From IMG/VR virus record IMGVR_UViG_2880378312_000006: DNA of 64,000 nucleotides, one strand, 5' to 3'. The translations under genes and the position numbers were made by a program. Of this stretch, positions 1-10,747 are shown in pieces (the first letter of the stretch is position 1; each line of letters opens with the position of its first letter). Below the pieces are notes generated by a model. It saw only the letters and a program-made list of their open reading frames with translations. It was not told the DNA's origin and made no database searches. This DNA comes from a virus. Lineage: Duplodnaviria > Heunggongvirae > Uroviricota > Caudoviricetes.

Positions 1-1
1 G

Positions 2-988
2 GTGGAAGAGGTGGCGCGTCACGCTGAGGAGGCGAAGAAGAATGCCGGAGAGGCGGAGACGTCAGCGAGGAATGCCGGCATATCAGCCAGTCAGGCAGAA
101 GAGAGCGCTGCAAATGCTGACACTTCAGCAGGGGATGCATCGGAGTCAGCCCGGCAGGCGGCAGAAAGTGCAGCCGCTGCAAAGCAGTCAGAGGAGGCGT
201 CCTCGTCCTCGGCCTCTGCGGCCGCTCAAAAAGCCAGTGAGTCATTACAAAGTGCAACAGATGCTGAGTTGTCAAAAAAGACGGCAGAAAGTGCAGCCGG
301 TAATGCAGCCAGGGATGCAACGACCGCAGCAGAAAAAGCCCGGGAGTCAGCAGAAAGCGCACAGTCAGCGGAACAAAGCAGGATAGCGGCGGAAGAAGCC
401 GTAAACCGAATCCCCACCGTGGTGGGGCCTCCCGGGCCAAAGGGGGAACCGGGGCCCGCGGGTCCTCAGGGGCCGAAGGGAGATAAAGGAGAGCGTGGAG
501 ACACCGGCCCGGCAGGGGCAACCGGCGAACGGGGACCGGCAGGTGATGCTGGTCCGGCAGGCCCGCAGGGGCCGAAAGGTGACAGGGGAGAGCGGGGAGA
601 GACCGGTCTGACGGGAAATGCAGGTCCACAGGGTCCAAAGGGAGACACCGGGGCAGCAGGCCCGGCAGGCCCACAGGGACCGAAAGGAGAAACAGGTGCG
701 GCTGGCCCGGTGGGGGCAACCGGACCTCAGGGACCGAAGGGCGACCCGGGGGAGACACAAATCCGTTTTCGTCTGGGGCCGGCGAGCATTATTGAGACAA
801 ACAGCCATGGCTGGTTCCCGGGTACAGATGGTGCGCTCATCACCGGACTGACCTTTCTTGCCCCCAAAGATACCACACGGGTTCAGGGTTTTTTTCAGCA
901 TTTGCAGGTCAGGTTTGGTGACGGGCCGTGGCAGGATGTTAAGGGGCTTGATGAAGTGGGCAGTGATACAGGCAGAACAGGAGAATGA
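2..988 (+). CDS. Tail fibre protein, C-terminal part (5' end lies outside the window); collagen-like Gly-X-Y repeat region plus C-terminal tip domain
   Basis: ORF open from the window edge; translation contains long GPxGxxG repeat runs; about 98 percent identical to the C-terminus of the complete tail fibre at 58483-59796. Confidence 0.85.
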   Translation: MEEVARHAEEAKKNAGEAETSARNAGISASQAEESAANADTSAGDASESARQAAESAAAAKQSEEASSSSASAAAQKASESLQSATDAELSKKTAESAAGNAARDATTAAEKARESAESAQSAEQSRIAAEEAVNRIPTVVGPPGPKGEPGPAGPQGPKGDKGERGDTGPAGATGERGPAGDAGPAGPQGPKGDRGERGETGLTGNAGPQGPKGDTGAAGPAGPQGPKGETGAAGPVGATGPQGPKGDPGETQIRFRLGPASIIETNSHGWFPGTDGALITGLTFLAPKDTTRVQGFFQHLQVRFGDGPWQDVKGLDEVGSDTGRTGE

Positions 989-989
989 C

Positions 990-1259
990 ATGAACATACT
1001 AAAAAAACTTATGCAGCGTCTGTGCGGGCACGGAAAGCATGATGACCGTGAAGACGGGGAGTTACTTACAGCACAACTGCGTCTGGGGCCGGCAGACATC
1101 CTGGAGTCCGATGAGAATGGTATTATTCCGGAGCAGGACAGGGTAATCACGCAGGTGGTGATACTGGATGCGGATAAAAAGCAGATACAGTGCGTGGTAA
1201 GACCGCTGCAAATCCTGCGTGCTGACGGGACGTGGGAAAATATTGGCGGGATGAAGTAA
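990..1259 (+). CDS. Small conserved protein (89 aa) immediately downstream of the tail fibre; function unknown
   Basis: ATG 1 nt after the tail fibre stop; near-identical copy at 59798-60067; followed by a hairpin plus T-run. Confidence 0.55.
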   Translation: MNILKKLMQRLCGHGKHDDREDGELLTAQLRLGPADILESDENGIIPEQDRVITQVVILDADKKQIQCVVRPLQILRADGTWENIGGMK

Positions 1260-1274
1260 CCCGACAGCTTCACA

Positions 1275-1300
1275 AAACCGGAGTCCGGCTCCGGTTTTTG
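1275..1300 (+). terminator. Intrinsic terminator (hairpin ccggag/ctccgg plus T-run) after the tail fibre operon
   Basis: GC hairpin followed by ttttt; same structure after the duplicate copy near 60085-60110. Confidence 0.5.
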
Positions 1301-1371
1301 TTGTCATGTAAGGCAGATGTTTGTTAAAGCTATTTAAGTCTGGAGTTTAAATTAAAATAGGGAGTTTTATA

Positions 1372-1946
1372 ATGCCGTTAAATTCGGAGATTAGATCAAG
1401 CTCATTTTTAATGGATTGAATGTCCTTCGAGCTCAAGTAGCATCTAGCGGTCGAGGGGAGTTTACATTAGGTAATGAGACTGTCAGCATTGTATTTAATG
1501 AAACCGATGGGCGTTTTCTATCCAGCGGCAGTAGTGGGGGATTGCTTACTGAGTTATTCCTTTATGGGTTTAATAACGGCCCTGAAGCTCTTCGCGATAG
1601 GATGCTCAGTATGCTTTCGGACTCAGGTGAAGCACAATCGCAAGAGAGTATTCAGGACAAAATATCTCAATGTAAGTTTCCTGTTAGTTCAGGAAATTTC
1701 CAGTGCCCGCCAGAGTCTATTCAGTGTCCAATTACACTAGAGAGACCCGAAGAAGGAGTGTTTGTCAAAAATTCAGATAGTTCGGCAGTATGCTGCTTAT
1801 TTGATTTTGATGCATTTTCTCGTTTAGCTAGTGAAGGCTCATATCATCCACTGACCCGAGAACCAATAACGGCATCAATGATTATAAGTCCTGATAAATG
1901 TGTTTATGATCCTATCAAGGGAAACTTCATTATAAAAGATAGTTAA
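1372..1946 (+). pseudogene. nleG: nleG-family T3SS effector gene with an N-terminal frameshift
   Basis: ATG at 1372 gives MPLNSEIRSSSFLMD then a stop at 1417; the rest (ORF 1416-1946, no ATG) matches the intact homologue at 60181-60756 in another frame, including the conserved C-terminal CPITL...HPLTREPIT region. Confidence 0.7.
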
Positions 1947-2285
1947 AATATTTTTCTCTGAGAGAGTATTGGCTGTCAGTAATTTGTAAAAAAACGCCGC
2001 AGACATCCAGAATATAAGAAGGTGTCTGTGGTTGGCAGGTTTCAGATGACTTGAAGGCGTCTTTATGTAAATGCATTTTTCTGTGGAGATGTTGTCGGAA
2101 AATATTGGATTAAAAACATAATCCAAGTCAAATAGTAAGTTTGTTTTTTTTGAGATTAGGTGTGTGTATTTAGAATTTTTATGATGTGTTTATTTTGTGG
2201 GGTATTTTAGAAAAAATATATTAATCCTTATTAATAATAGCTGCCATCCATTTCAGCTATTATTTTAAAATAAACAAGTTAAAGC

Positions 2286-3611
2286 TTAGACTCTTGTTTC
2301 TTGGATTATATCAAAGATATCAACATGATTTGATGGATTATGATGTGGTAAGCCATTGCTTTCGATATCGATTACCACATCCTCTGGATTTGGATGCCGC
2401 TGTCCAACAGGGATACCTTCTTCCATTGCGCGTATATCAGCACCTGTGGCATGTTCAATATCTGCTTTATTGGGGAAAATAGCTCCTTCTCTTGCGTGCC
2501 ACCATATACGAGGATAGTCAGTGAATCTAGCTACTTCAAACTCGGCCTTGTTTAAATCGGCAGCCCCCAGTGTCGCACCAGCCCACCATAAAATAGTGTC
2601 TGGCTTTAATCCAGGGGTATTATACTGTATGGCATGCCCTGCTGCTTGCCCAACCATTGCACCGATATGAGGACTTAACATTGGATCTGTACTAGCAAAT
2701 CTGGATACTGCAAATCCCCCTAAAGCACCAAGCGCATTTGCGGCAGCATTGGTAAGAACGGCATATTTAGTATTAGGGTTATCTAAATCCCACTTGAAAT
2801 GTGCGCCAAACTCCAGCCCTAGAGTTGCCTGTAATGGAGATGCACCATATTTAAAATCTGCTTCTCCCGGTCTGATAACCCACTCCTCCGTGTAATTTGC
2901 TTTCGGCCCATCAGGAGTAAGTGGTGTTTCTCCAACAAGCTTCCATCCATTTTCAGTTTTGACTATAGGAAGTTCTACACCATGATTACGAACCACTTGA
3001 GCTGTTAATCCAAACCATGGTATTGGGTCTTTTGGCTCGGTGGTTACCGTCGAAGTAGTGGCTGATGTTCCAGTCGATGCAATAGTCGACACTGCAGTGG
3101 TTGATATATTACTGTTGCTTAATGCATTTTTTAACGGGCCAGGAAGGTCTTTAAAATTAAAACCTATTTCATCATGCAGAGGGAATATCTGTAAAAAATA
3201 ATTACCTGATGTAGGATGAATATCTGGTTTTACAATGTTTAGCTGGACACCATATTTACCAGAGATGCCTGAAACGGAACTAGGTATCTCTAATGCCATT
3301 TGGGTAACATTGAATAAACCAAACATATCCAATGTTTTTTTTCCTATGGATCCTTCTTCAAGGTGAGGAGCTATATATTCGTCTAGCCCTGAGAGCAGAC
3401 CTTTATCTTTTATCAAGCTCAGTAGAGCTGTTGTTTCACCGCATTCCGGTGCATGTTGCTGTATATCATCTGGAATATTAACAACAAATCCAGCTTGGCA
3501 TCCTAGAGGTAATTCGGATTGCGGTATTTGTGTAGAGGGTATTTGTTCTGTTTGATGATGTTGATTGTTTTGTGAGGTGATTCCAGATTGTATGGTCGGT
3601 TGAATGTTCAT
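2286..3611 (-). CDS. nleA: T3SS effector NleA (EspI), 441 aa
   Basis: 441-aa ORF starting MNIQPTIQSGITSQ and ending in the PDZ-binding motif ETRV; matches NleA from recollection; AT-rich upstream region. Confidence 0.85.
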   Translation of the reverse strand: MNIQPTIQSGITSQNNQHHQTEQIPSTQIPQSELPLGCQAGFVVNIPDDIQQHAPECGETTALLSLIKDKGLLSGLDEYIAPHLEEGSIGKKTLDMFGLFNVTQMALEIPSSVSGISGKYGVQLNIVKPDIHPTSGNYFLQIFPLHDEIGFNFKDLPGPLKNALSNSNISTTAVSTIASTGTSATTSTVTTEPKDPIPWFGLTAQVVRNHGVELPIVKTENGWKLVGETPLTPDGPKANYTEEWVIRPGEADFKYGASPLQATLGLEFGAHFKWDLDNPNTKYAVLTNAAANALGALGGFAVSRFASTDPMLSPHIGAMVGQAAGHAIQYNTPGLKPDTILWWAGATLGAADLNKAEFEVARFTDYPRIWWHAREGAIFPNKADIEHATGADIRAMEEGIPVGQRHPNPEDVVIDIESNGLPHHNPSNHVDIFDIIQETRV

Positions 3612-4001
3612 AATAAATCCTTATTACATGTTTATATCCATTAATAATATCAATCCATTGATACTATTAGTGTCACATATCCGATGTGGACAGCTTTAAT
3701 ATATAACTGTTTGAATGCTTGATTGATGTGACTTAGATCTCAAAATTAAGTTGTTAAATTTACCAGTTTATCGCTTGAACACTTAAAATAAATTATAAAT
3801 GTTTCTGTTATTGTTTTTTATAGTTTAAATTATTGTTGGTTGTATAAGCTGATTACATTTTTACTCTAAGTGTTATAAATATTTTATACTGATATTAGTC
3901 TTATTATATATTTTTTTAATGAAAATGAGCATAAAACTAAGACATATAATGCTTGGCAGCTTTATGCTCTTCTGATTGGCTGTATGTTTGATGACAAAAA
4001 A

Positions 4002-4036
4002 TTAGCGCAAGAGGACAAAAAATCACCTTGCGCTAA
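4002..4036. repeat. Perfect 10-bp inverted repeat (ttagcgcaag ... cttgcgctaa) with a 15-nt spacer; copy 1 of a roughly 170-bp diverged repeat
   Basis: Read directly; second copy at 6007-6041 with one arm substitution that keeps T-G (RNA G-U) pairing. Confidence 0.8.
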
Positions 4037-4271
4037 TGCTCTGTCTCAGGTCACTAATCACATCTAACTCATTGATTAATTGTGACTCTAAATGTAGTGT
4101 TTTGTCGCGTTTTGCAGTCTATCATTTAATCAATTGTATAAATAACATAATGATTTTTAATGTGTTTTTGTGATTTTATCCTCCTTCTGACATGGAAGTT
4201 GTTCGTTCAAAAATCTTATTAAATATCAAGTTGTTAAATCTGGTAAGTCATTATTGGTCAAAATAAAATCA

Positions 4272-5210
4272 TTATCCGATTTCAATTTTGTCCCACTCCC
4301 GCCCGCGACTGTCCCTATAATGCGCCGCCATTGAATCAGATTTATGTCCAAGAAGACGTTGTGCAAACTTGTAGCCAATCTGGTTCCGATATAGCCTCGC
4401 GGACAGACTACGTAGTTCATGAAATGTCGGTGGGTCTCCATCAAACGAGATCCCGGATGCATTTCGCGCCTTTGTTAAATACCGTGATACTGTGGCTGGA
4501 GAAAGTGGTTCGTGATAGGTTGATGCGATTATTGTTTCACTGCTGCTGGCCTCCCTGCATTTCTGTAGTGTATCAACCAGTGAGATGTCGAGTGCGTCAA
4601 TGGTTAGAGCCAGCGGAATGGCAATTTTGGCTCCTGTTTTACTCTGTCCAATGTGAAGATGACCATCGTTTATGTCTGACCACTTCATTCTGCACAAATC
4701 GCCCACTCTCTGCCCTGTAACGACAGCTAAATCCATTGACAGCCTCAGCCAGATGGGGAGGTGCTCAGCAGCATGGTAAATAGCGACATACTCATTAGCT
4801 GTCAGCCTTGAGCGCCTTACTTCTGACTTTGCTGCACGGGTTGTTGTTACTGGATTCGTTGCCACATGCCCCTCGGCTATTGCCCCTCGAAAAACGTCAA
4901 CAAGGGTTGACCTGATTACTCTTGCGGAAACCGCTTTACCTTCTGCGACGTAGGTGTTTAGCATTGCTGCCACCTCTTTCGTTGATATGTCAGTGAGCGG
5001 TTTGTCCGGCAATTTTCTTCGAATTGCCCTGATTTTGCTGGCGTAGTCGAGTAATGTTTTCGGCTTGCTCCCCCTCTAGCTGAGGATTGTTTCATATCGA
5101 TCAAGCCACGTATGAAGAGTGATTGAGTCAGTGCCTTTAACCCTGTCCAGCAATGATTCGTGCCCACTTTCGCTGAAAAGCTCAATGTTGGTGTGAATTC
5201 TACGAGCAAT
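4272..5210 (-). pseudogene. int: Lambda-type tyrosine integrase remnant (N-terminus replaced, internal amber stop)
   Basis: 246-aa ORF aligns with lambda Int from about residue 110 to the C-terminus (EGHVATNPV...HELRSLSARLY...GHKSDSMAAHYRD); the upstream frame reads ...TLHTWLDRYETILS-stop-RGSKPK where lambda has ILASRGIKQK; similarity ends near 5210. Confidence 0.8.
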
Positions 5211-5339
5211 GAAATGCCTCGTGGAAGGATGCAGTGATGATTTTAATCCTTTTGATATTATTAGGGTACCAGATCTTACTTACAACAAAGGATCTTTACA
5301 ATGTGGATGATTAGAGGCCTGTGAGCCTGTTTAGGATTC

Positions 5340-5991
5340 TGTGTAAATGCCTTTTCTTAAAAGTGACCGTCAAGACGGTCACCAAACTCGATAATAAAGC
5401 GGCTCATTGCCATTCGCCAGTCCCTTAACGGCATTGTCCATTTCTGTGACGCGGCCTGGATTGCCAGCCACACCACTTTTTTTACTGACTCGTCCGTCGG
5501 GAACACCTTGCGTTTCCTGATGGCATGCCGGATCACACTGTTCAGCGACTCGATGGCGTTCGTTGTGTAGATCACTTTGCGGATATCTGCCGGATAAGCG
5601 AAAAACGTCGCCAAGTTAGTCCAGTTTGACAGCTAGCACCGGCTTATCTGCGGATAGCGGCAGTCCCAGGCCGCAGCAAACGCTTCCAGTGCCTGCTGGC
5701 CTGCCTCTTCTGTGGGAGGCTAATCGCTTTCAGGTCGCGAGTGACGGCTTTGTATTCCTTCCATGACACGAAGCGCATGCTGTTGCGCACCATATGCACG
5801 ATGCATAACTGGATGCGGGCCTCCGGGAATTCTTTCAGGCCATACACACAGGCGATGAGGATATCGTTCAGACCGCGGTTTTTCAGTTCAGTCAGCACAT
5901 TGAACCAGAAATTCGCCCCTTCATTTTCGGCCAGCCGCATCCCCAGGAGCTCTTTCTGACCTGCGATATTGATGCCCAGTGCTAGGAACAT
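5340..5991 (-). mobile_element. IS256-family transposase remnant (frameshifted fragments)
   Basis: ORFs 5357-5614 and 5644-5991 carry IS256-family motifs (ILGINIAGQKELLG...LCIVHMVRNS...NAIESLNSVIRHAIRKRKVFPTDESVKK...WTMPLRDW); broken reading frame, no intact ends seen. Confidence 0.7.
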
Positions 5992-6006
5992 TTTTATGAT
6001 AAAAAA

Positions 6007-6041
6007 TTAGTGCAAGAAGACAAAGAATCGCCTTGCGCTAA
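6007..6041. repeat. Copy 2 of the inverted-repeat element (ttagtgcaag ... cttgcgctaa)
   Basis: Same orientation as copy 1; surrounding 170 bp about 75 percent identical to 3990-4160. Confidence 0.8.
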
Positions 6042-6275
6042 TGCTCTGAAACAGGTCACTAATATCATCTAAATAGTTGACTCATAGTGACAGCATGTGT
6101 TGTGTCTTGCAGTATTATATAGCCTATTATTTAGATTGAAGCCATCATAATCTATTGATGTTAATGGTTTTTTATTGTTTGTTGTTCGGCTTTTTATACT
6201 AATTTGAGCGAAACAAAAAGATAAAAAGTTGTTTTTCGGTAAGCGTACAGCGAGGGCCGTATTGACGGGGATGTG

Positions 6276-7814
6276 TTATTCAGCTGGCAGTGCTATGCGC
6301 CACGGAAGCAGTTCGCTGACCCGGTTGACCGGCCAGTCTGCTATGACGCCAAGCACATGGCGAAGGTAGCTTTCTGGATCCACGTCATTCAGTTTGCACG
6401 TCCCGATCAGGCTGTACAGTAGCGCTCCCCGCTCACCACCATGATCAGAGCCGAAGAACAGGAAGTTTTTACGACCCAGACTGACCGCCCGCAGGGCATT
6501 TTCAGCGATGTTGTTGTCGATTTCCACCCAGCCATCGTTCGCATAGTACGTCAGTGCCGGCCACTGGTTAAGTGCGTACGCGAACGCCTTCGCCAACTCT
6601 GAGTGTCGCGACAGGGTCTTCATCTTTTCACGCAACCAGCTTTCCAGGGATTTCAACAACGGTTTCGTTTTTCGCTGACGTTCAGCAAGCCGCTGCTCTG
6701 CCGGCATTCCCCTTATATCCGCCTCTATGGCGTACAACTGACCGATCTGCTCCAGGGCTTCTTCCGTCAGTGCTGACGGGATGCGGACGTGCACATCGTG
6801 GATCTTTCGGCGGGCATGAGCCCAGCAGGCAGCTTCCGTTATCCCACCATTGCGATACAGCTCGTTGAACCCGGCGTACGCATCCGCTTGCAGCACACCG
6901 CTGAAGCAGGCAAGATGAGTCTGCGGATGGATGCCTTTTCTGTCCGGGCTGTAAGCGAACCACACTGCAGGTGCCAACGCTGACCCTGCATTGCGGTCAT
7001 CACGAACATACGCCCACAACCGCCCGGTCTTCGTCTTCTTATTACCCGGCAGCAGTACCTGGACCGGGGTATCATCGGCATGGAGTTTGCCGTCAGTCAT
7101 GACATAGCCATGAAGCGCCTCTTCCAGCGGAGACAGCAGCCGGCAGCATGCATCCACCCAGCCCGACAGCAGTGAACGCCTCAGCTCCACACCTTGCCGG
7201 CCGTATATTTCTGACTGGCGATACAGCGGGGTGTGCTCTGCATACTTCGAGGTCAGCACGCGGGCCAGCAGCCCCGGTCCGGCGATACCCCGCTCGATGG
7301 GCCGCGAAGGTGCAGGTGCCTGCACGATGGCATCGCACTGAGTACAGGCATGTTTTTCCCGTACCGTCCGGATAACCCGGAAGGCGCTACGCATCAACTC
7401 CAGCTGTTCGGCGGTATCCTCGCCCAGATAGCTCAGTGAACCGCCGCAGTTCGGGCAGCACGGCGCCGCAGGCAACAGTCGCTTTTCGTCACGGGGTAGT
7501 GATTCAGGGAACGGCTTACGGGTGCGGGTCTGACGCAACGGACGCTGTACTGCCGGGTCATACACCCTACCAGTCAGCGTATCGCTCTCTTTCTGAAGCC
7601 GGTTCAGATCGGCTTCCATTTGTGCGATACGGCGGGAGACTTTTTCGGAACGACTGCCGAAGTTCATCCGGCGGAGTTTATCCAGCTGCGCCTGCAGATG
7701 GTCTATTTCGCGCTCCCGGTTGCTCAGCTTTTCCTGCAGGGCGTGGATCAGCGCTTCCTGTTCGGCCAGGCGCTGTTTCAGCAGGAAGATGTCGTCAGAA
7801 GAGATGTCGTTCAT
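6276..7814 (-). CDS. tnpC: IS66-family transposase (TnpC), 512 aa
   Basis: Full-length ORF with coiled-coil N-terminus and zinc-finger-like CPNCG motif, inside the IS. Confidence 0.85.
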   Translation of the reverse strand: MNDISSDDIFLLKQRLAEQEALIHALQEKLSNREREIDHLQAQLDKLRRMNFGSRSEKVSRRIAQMEADLNRLQKESDTLTGRVYDPAVQRPLRQTRTRKPFPESLPRDEKRLLPAAPCCPNCGGSLSYLGEDTAEQLELMRSAFRVIRTVREKHACTQCDAIVQAPAPSRPIERGIAGPGLLARVLTSKYAEHTPLYRQSEIYGRQGVELRRSLLSGWVDACCRLLSPLEEALHGYVMTDGKLHADDTPVQVLLPGNKKTKTGRLWAYVRDDRNAGSALAPAVWFAYSPDRKGIHPQTHLACFSGVLQADAYAGFNELYRNGGITEAACWAHARRKIHDVHVRIPSALTEEALEQIGQLYAIEADIRGMPAEQRLAERQRKTKPLLKSLESWLREKMKTLSRHSELAKAFAYALNQWPALTYYANDGWVEIDNNIAENALRAVSLGRKNFLFFGSDHGGERGALLYSLIGTCKLNDVDPESYLRHVLGVIADWPVNRVSELLPWRIALPAE

Positions 7815-7863
7815 AAGCCCGTATTTTACCGGGCTTATTCTGTGACAACCAGGATAAAGAGAT

Positions 7864-8211
7864 TTACAGCATGGTCAGGGAGGTCAGCAGCCGCTTAGGC
7901 TGTCGCCAGTCGATACCTTCCAGCAGCATCGCCAGCTGCGCCTGCGTAAGGAACACTTTGCCATCACGGGCTGACGGCCAGGCGAAGCGCCCACGCTCCA
8001 GCCGTTTGGTCAGGAGGCACAGTCCGTCACCGGTGGACCACAGCAGTTTAACCTGACTGCCGCTGCGGCCCCGGAAAATGAAAACATGGCCGGACATGGG
8101 ATCGTCTTTCAGCGCCGTTTGTACTTTCGCAGCCAGGCCGTTGAAGCCATTTCTCATATCGGTGATACCGGCAACCAGCCAAATTTTGGTCCCGGAAGGT
8201 AACGGGATCAT
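7864..8211 (-). CDS. tnpB: IS66 Orf2 (TnpB), 115 aa
   Basis: Conserved IS66 Orf2 size and position; overlaps the upstream gene by 4 nt. Confidence 0.8.
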   Translation of the reverse strand: MIPLPSGTKIWLVAGITDMRNGFNGLAAKVQTALKDDPMSGHVFIFRGRSGSQVKLLWSTGDGLCLLTKRLERGRFAWPSARDGKVFLTQAQLAMLLEGIDWRQPKRLLTSLTML

Positions 8212-8609
8212 CGCTTCAGTTCCTGTATCAGCAGAGTCAGGAGCTTTTCGCTGACATTGCCATTGAAGCGGAGCGTCCCGTGCCGGAACGTTACCTCACA
8301 GCTGATACTGAGGGTTTCCGGGTCCTCTGCGAGCGATTCTGGCTGTTCGGCAGCTGCATCGAGAGTCACAGGAAGTAGCTGGGGGCTCTCTGAAGAAGGT
8401 AATAGCAGCTTTCCCTCGCGCCATTGTTGTCGCCATTTGAACAACAGATTGGCGTTAATGCCATTTTCAAGAGCAAGTTTTGAGATGGATATCCCGGGTT
8501 CACAGGAGGCAGCAACGAGCTGCTGTTTAAATTCGGGAGGATAATTAGGGCAGCCTTTTCGCCTGCCGGGAGTCACATTTTTCTGCATATCTGATACTTT
8601 GGTTCCCAC
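8208..8609 (-). CDS. tnpA: IS66 Orf1 (TnpA), 133 aa
   Basis: First gene of the IS66 three-ORF set. Confidence 0.8.
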   Translation of the reverse strand: MGTKVSDMQKNVTPGRRKGCPNYPPEFKQQLVAASCEPGISISKLALENGINANLLFKWRQQWREGKLLLPSSESPQLLPVTLDAAAEQPESLAEDPETLSISCEVTFRHGTLRFNGNVSEKLLTLLIQELKR

Positions 8610-8892
8610 TACTTATTTGGTGGACACCACTTTGTCTAATTCGTCAGATTCTGACCAGACGGTTCAGGCTGTACGCTTACGTTTTTCGTGTCTTTAAGTG
8701 ATACCAGATGGTATTGCGCTAAATGTACCAATGGGTATACCAAGAGCACTAAAAACAAAGGGGCAACCACTTTGTAACCCCTTGATTATTTGCAGAAGCG
8801 CAGAAAATCGAACTCTGGAACCCTTTCGGGGCATCCTTTTTCAAGAATGAAGAAAAAAATAACTAAAAAATCAAGTTGTTAGGAAGTTATTC

Positions 8893-9162
8893 ATGGCTAG
8901 TGTACCAACTCTTTTCTGGGCTAATAGCTATGATTTGTTTGTATTATTTGTCTCTGTCTCTATTATTTTTGACATCCATGCGACTTCTGATATTGATAAC
9001 CTCAGTTGTGGAGTTCTGTCTGCGCTTCCGGGAGGACGCATATCAAAACTACAGGATCTTCTGTTAAACACTGTAAAGCCATCTACATTGCATGTTGTTG
9101 AGTCTAAGATACAATTTTTAGTAGATGATTTATCTGCTATAGGCCTAGATATTTCAGGTTGA
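8893..9162 (+). CDS. Hypothetical small protein (89 aa) in an AT-rich region next to ISEc8; possible effector-gene fragment
   Basis: ORF with aggaag RBS-like sequence upstream; no recognisable family. Confidence 0.25.
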   Translation: MASVPTLFWANSYDLFVLFVSVSIIFDIHATSDIDNLSCGVLSALPGGRISKLQDLLLNTVKPSTLHVVESKIQFLVDDLSAIGLDISG

Positions 9163-9419
9163 TGCCAAGTGTGTCCTGAAAAAATACTTTTTATTGAAAA
9201 TGGCATTTTTATCCTCACATTATGTCTTTCTCTTATAGTGCAATTTAATGTATTTAGAAACATTAAACTATGAATCTAAAAAGGCTACGCAGAGTACTGT
9301 TACACTTTAACAAATCATATTTACCACTCTGGAAATGGGATGGCTGGTTCATAAAATAATGAGTCTTTTTCAACGGTTGTTACATTGGTGTACTGATGAT
9401 TATGCCTTGTCGCTAAGAG

Positions 9420-9680
9420 CTACCATAACCGTACAGCGTGATTCATCCATGGCGAATAAATCGACTGATAAATCCCCCTGAGTTTCAGCTCTTGCTGTTG
9501 GACCTTGCCCGTTTCGCTATGGAACGCGTACCAGCTAGAGAATATTATTCGTTCTCCTCCAATGTTACGCAAGTTTTGTAAACGGTAACCAATCGTGATT
9601 AGTCCTGCATGTAACGGACATCAAGCTGTCTGGTTGATTTTTATTGCCAGTAGTTCGAGAGAGCAGACAACTGCGTCCGA
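9420..9680 (-). mobile_element. Internally deleted IS630-family remnant
   Basis: Segments match the ends of the larger IS630-like remnant at about 11700-12650 (for example 9600-9670 versus 12240-12310). Confidence 0.4.
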
Positions 9681-9916
9681 TGGAAAAATGGGCACGACAG
9701 GGTATTCAGGCAACCTCGCTGAGGAGGCTTATGGTACAGATTGTAATGTGAAGTATAAAACGTTAAAAATTCCATTTTAGAAACTAAATAGCTGTAATAT
9801 AAGTTCGATCTAATCTACTATTTTGACAGACAGATTGTATCAAGAATTAGGGAGTATGAAATAGATGGCAATAACTAGTAAAATTAATTTTGCAACATTT
9901 AAATCGAACCATACAG

Positions 9917-10564
9917 TCAAATTCTAGTGCATATATTTTGTGTGGCTAATATGCAAAAATATTGTTCTATTAGATTAAAATGGCATTCATCTTTGCTGAC
10001 AATCATTTCCGGAACAAAGGGTTCACGGCTGAGAGGGTGTGGAGCGTTGCGTCGGATAAGTTCAGTGAGTGCATTGTGGTCATATAATGAACATATTTCT
10101 GAGTTTTTTGCATTTCTGACAAAAACACCAGTTTCAGGAATGCATAATGTTATCGGGCAATTCAGGTGTTGTTCATGACAGGAAAAGTCTTGATGACTAA
10201 CAGTAAATGCATGAGAGTTAATTTTGTTTTGTATTGCACTACTGACGTTTTGGCGCGTACATGGGGTTGCACGGCTCTGTTCCATATATAAACGGAATGC
10301 CTGCAAAAAAGTATGGCCTCTGTTAAGCTGTATCTCCAGATTTTCTGCGAGAAGGCGATGCCCTCTTGCACTAAGGCGATCCAACAGTCCGCCGGAAACC
10401 GGTTCCACGCTAAAACTGTCCATAAATGAAATATGATGAAGTCTCATAGTGCGGCCTCTCACAACAAGCTGTTCACTCTGACTAACTCTTCCGACATGAC
10501 GTAAAGCCTCCAGTTCACTTTCAGACAATACTCTTTCACTCGAAAAGTTTAATATGACAGGCAT
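9917..10564 (-). CDS. nleG: NleG-family T3SS effector (U-box E3 ligase family), 215 aa
   Basis: Conserved C-terminal block CPITLCIPETGVFVRN...HPLSREPF shared with the other NleG paralogues in the window. Confidence 0.75.
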   Translation of the reverse strand: MPVILNFSSERVLSESELEALRHVGRVSQSEQLVVRGRTMRLHHISFMDSFSVEPVSGGLLDRLSARGHRLLAENLEIQLNRGHTFLQAFRLYMEQSRATPCTRQNVSSAIQNKINSHAFTVSHQDFSCHEQHLNCPITLCIPETGVFVRNAKNSEICSLYDHNALTELIRRNAPHPLSREPFVPEMIVSKDECHFNLIEQYFCILATQNICTRI

Positions 10565-10747
10565 ATTTTCTCCCTCTTTAGTCTATGTTATTGAACCATA
10601 TTGGTGACAGGAGTCAAGATACTAAATATGTGATAGGATTCAAACAAAAAATTAAATTTTGAACGAATGCTATTTACACATGTATTTTTTTAATTAAAAT
10701 GATTGTATACAATTTTTGTAAGCAAATTTTAATGAAAAGGATTTGTT

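Larger units (their letters stand above)
6239..8680 (-). mobile_element. Intact IS66-family insertion sequence (ISEc8-like), 2442 bp, flanked by 8-bp direct target duplication GTTTTTCG
   Basis: Terminal inverted repeats gtaagcgtacagc at 6239 and its reverse complement ending at 8680; identical GTTTTTCG at 6231-6238 and 8681-8688; three intact ORFs in IS66 order. Confidence 0.9.

Noticed and set aside
365-1273. 302-aa ORF on the reverse strand across the tail-fibre collagen region (and its twin at 59173-59958)
   Set aside because: Antisense to a high-confidence tail-fibre gene; GC-rich Gly-X-Y repeats keep the opposite strand free of stops; the translation is low-complexity S/P/R-rich.
6572-7439. 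Several 60-100 aa ORFs on both strands inside the IS66 transposase gene
   Set aside because: They overlap an intact 512-aa transposase ORF and have arginine/proline-rich composition typical of out-of-frame translation.
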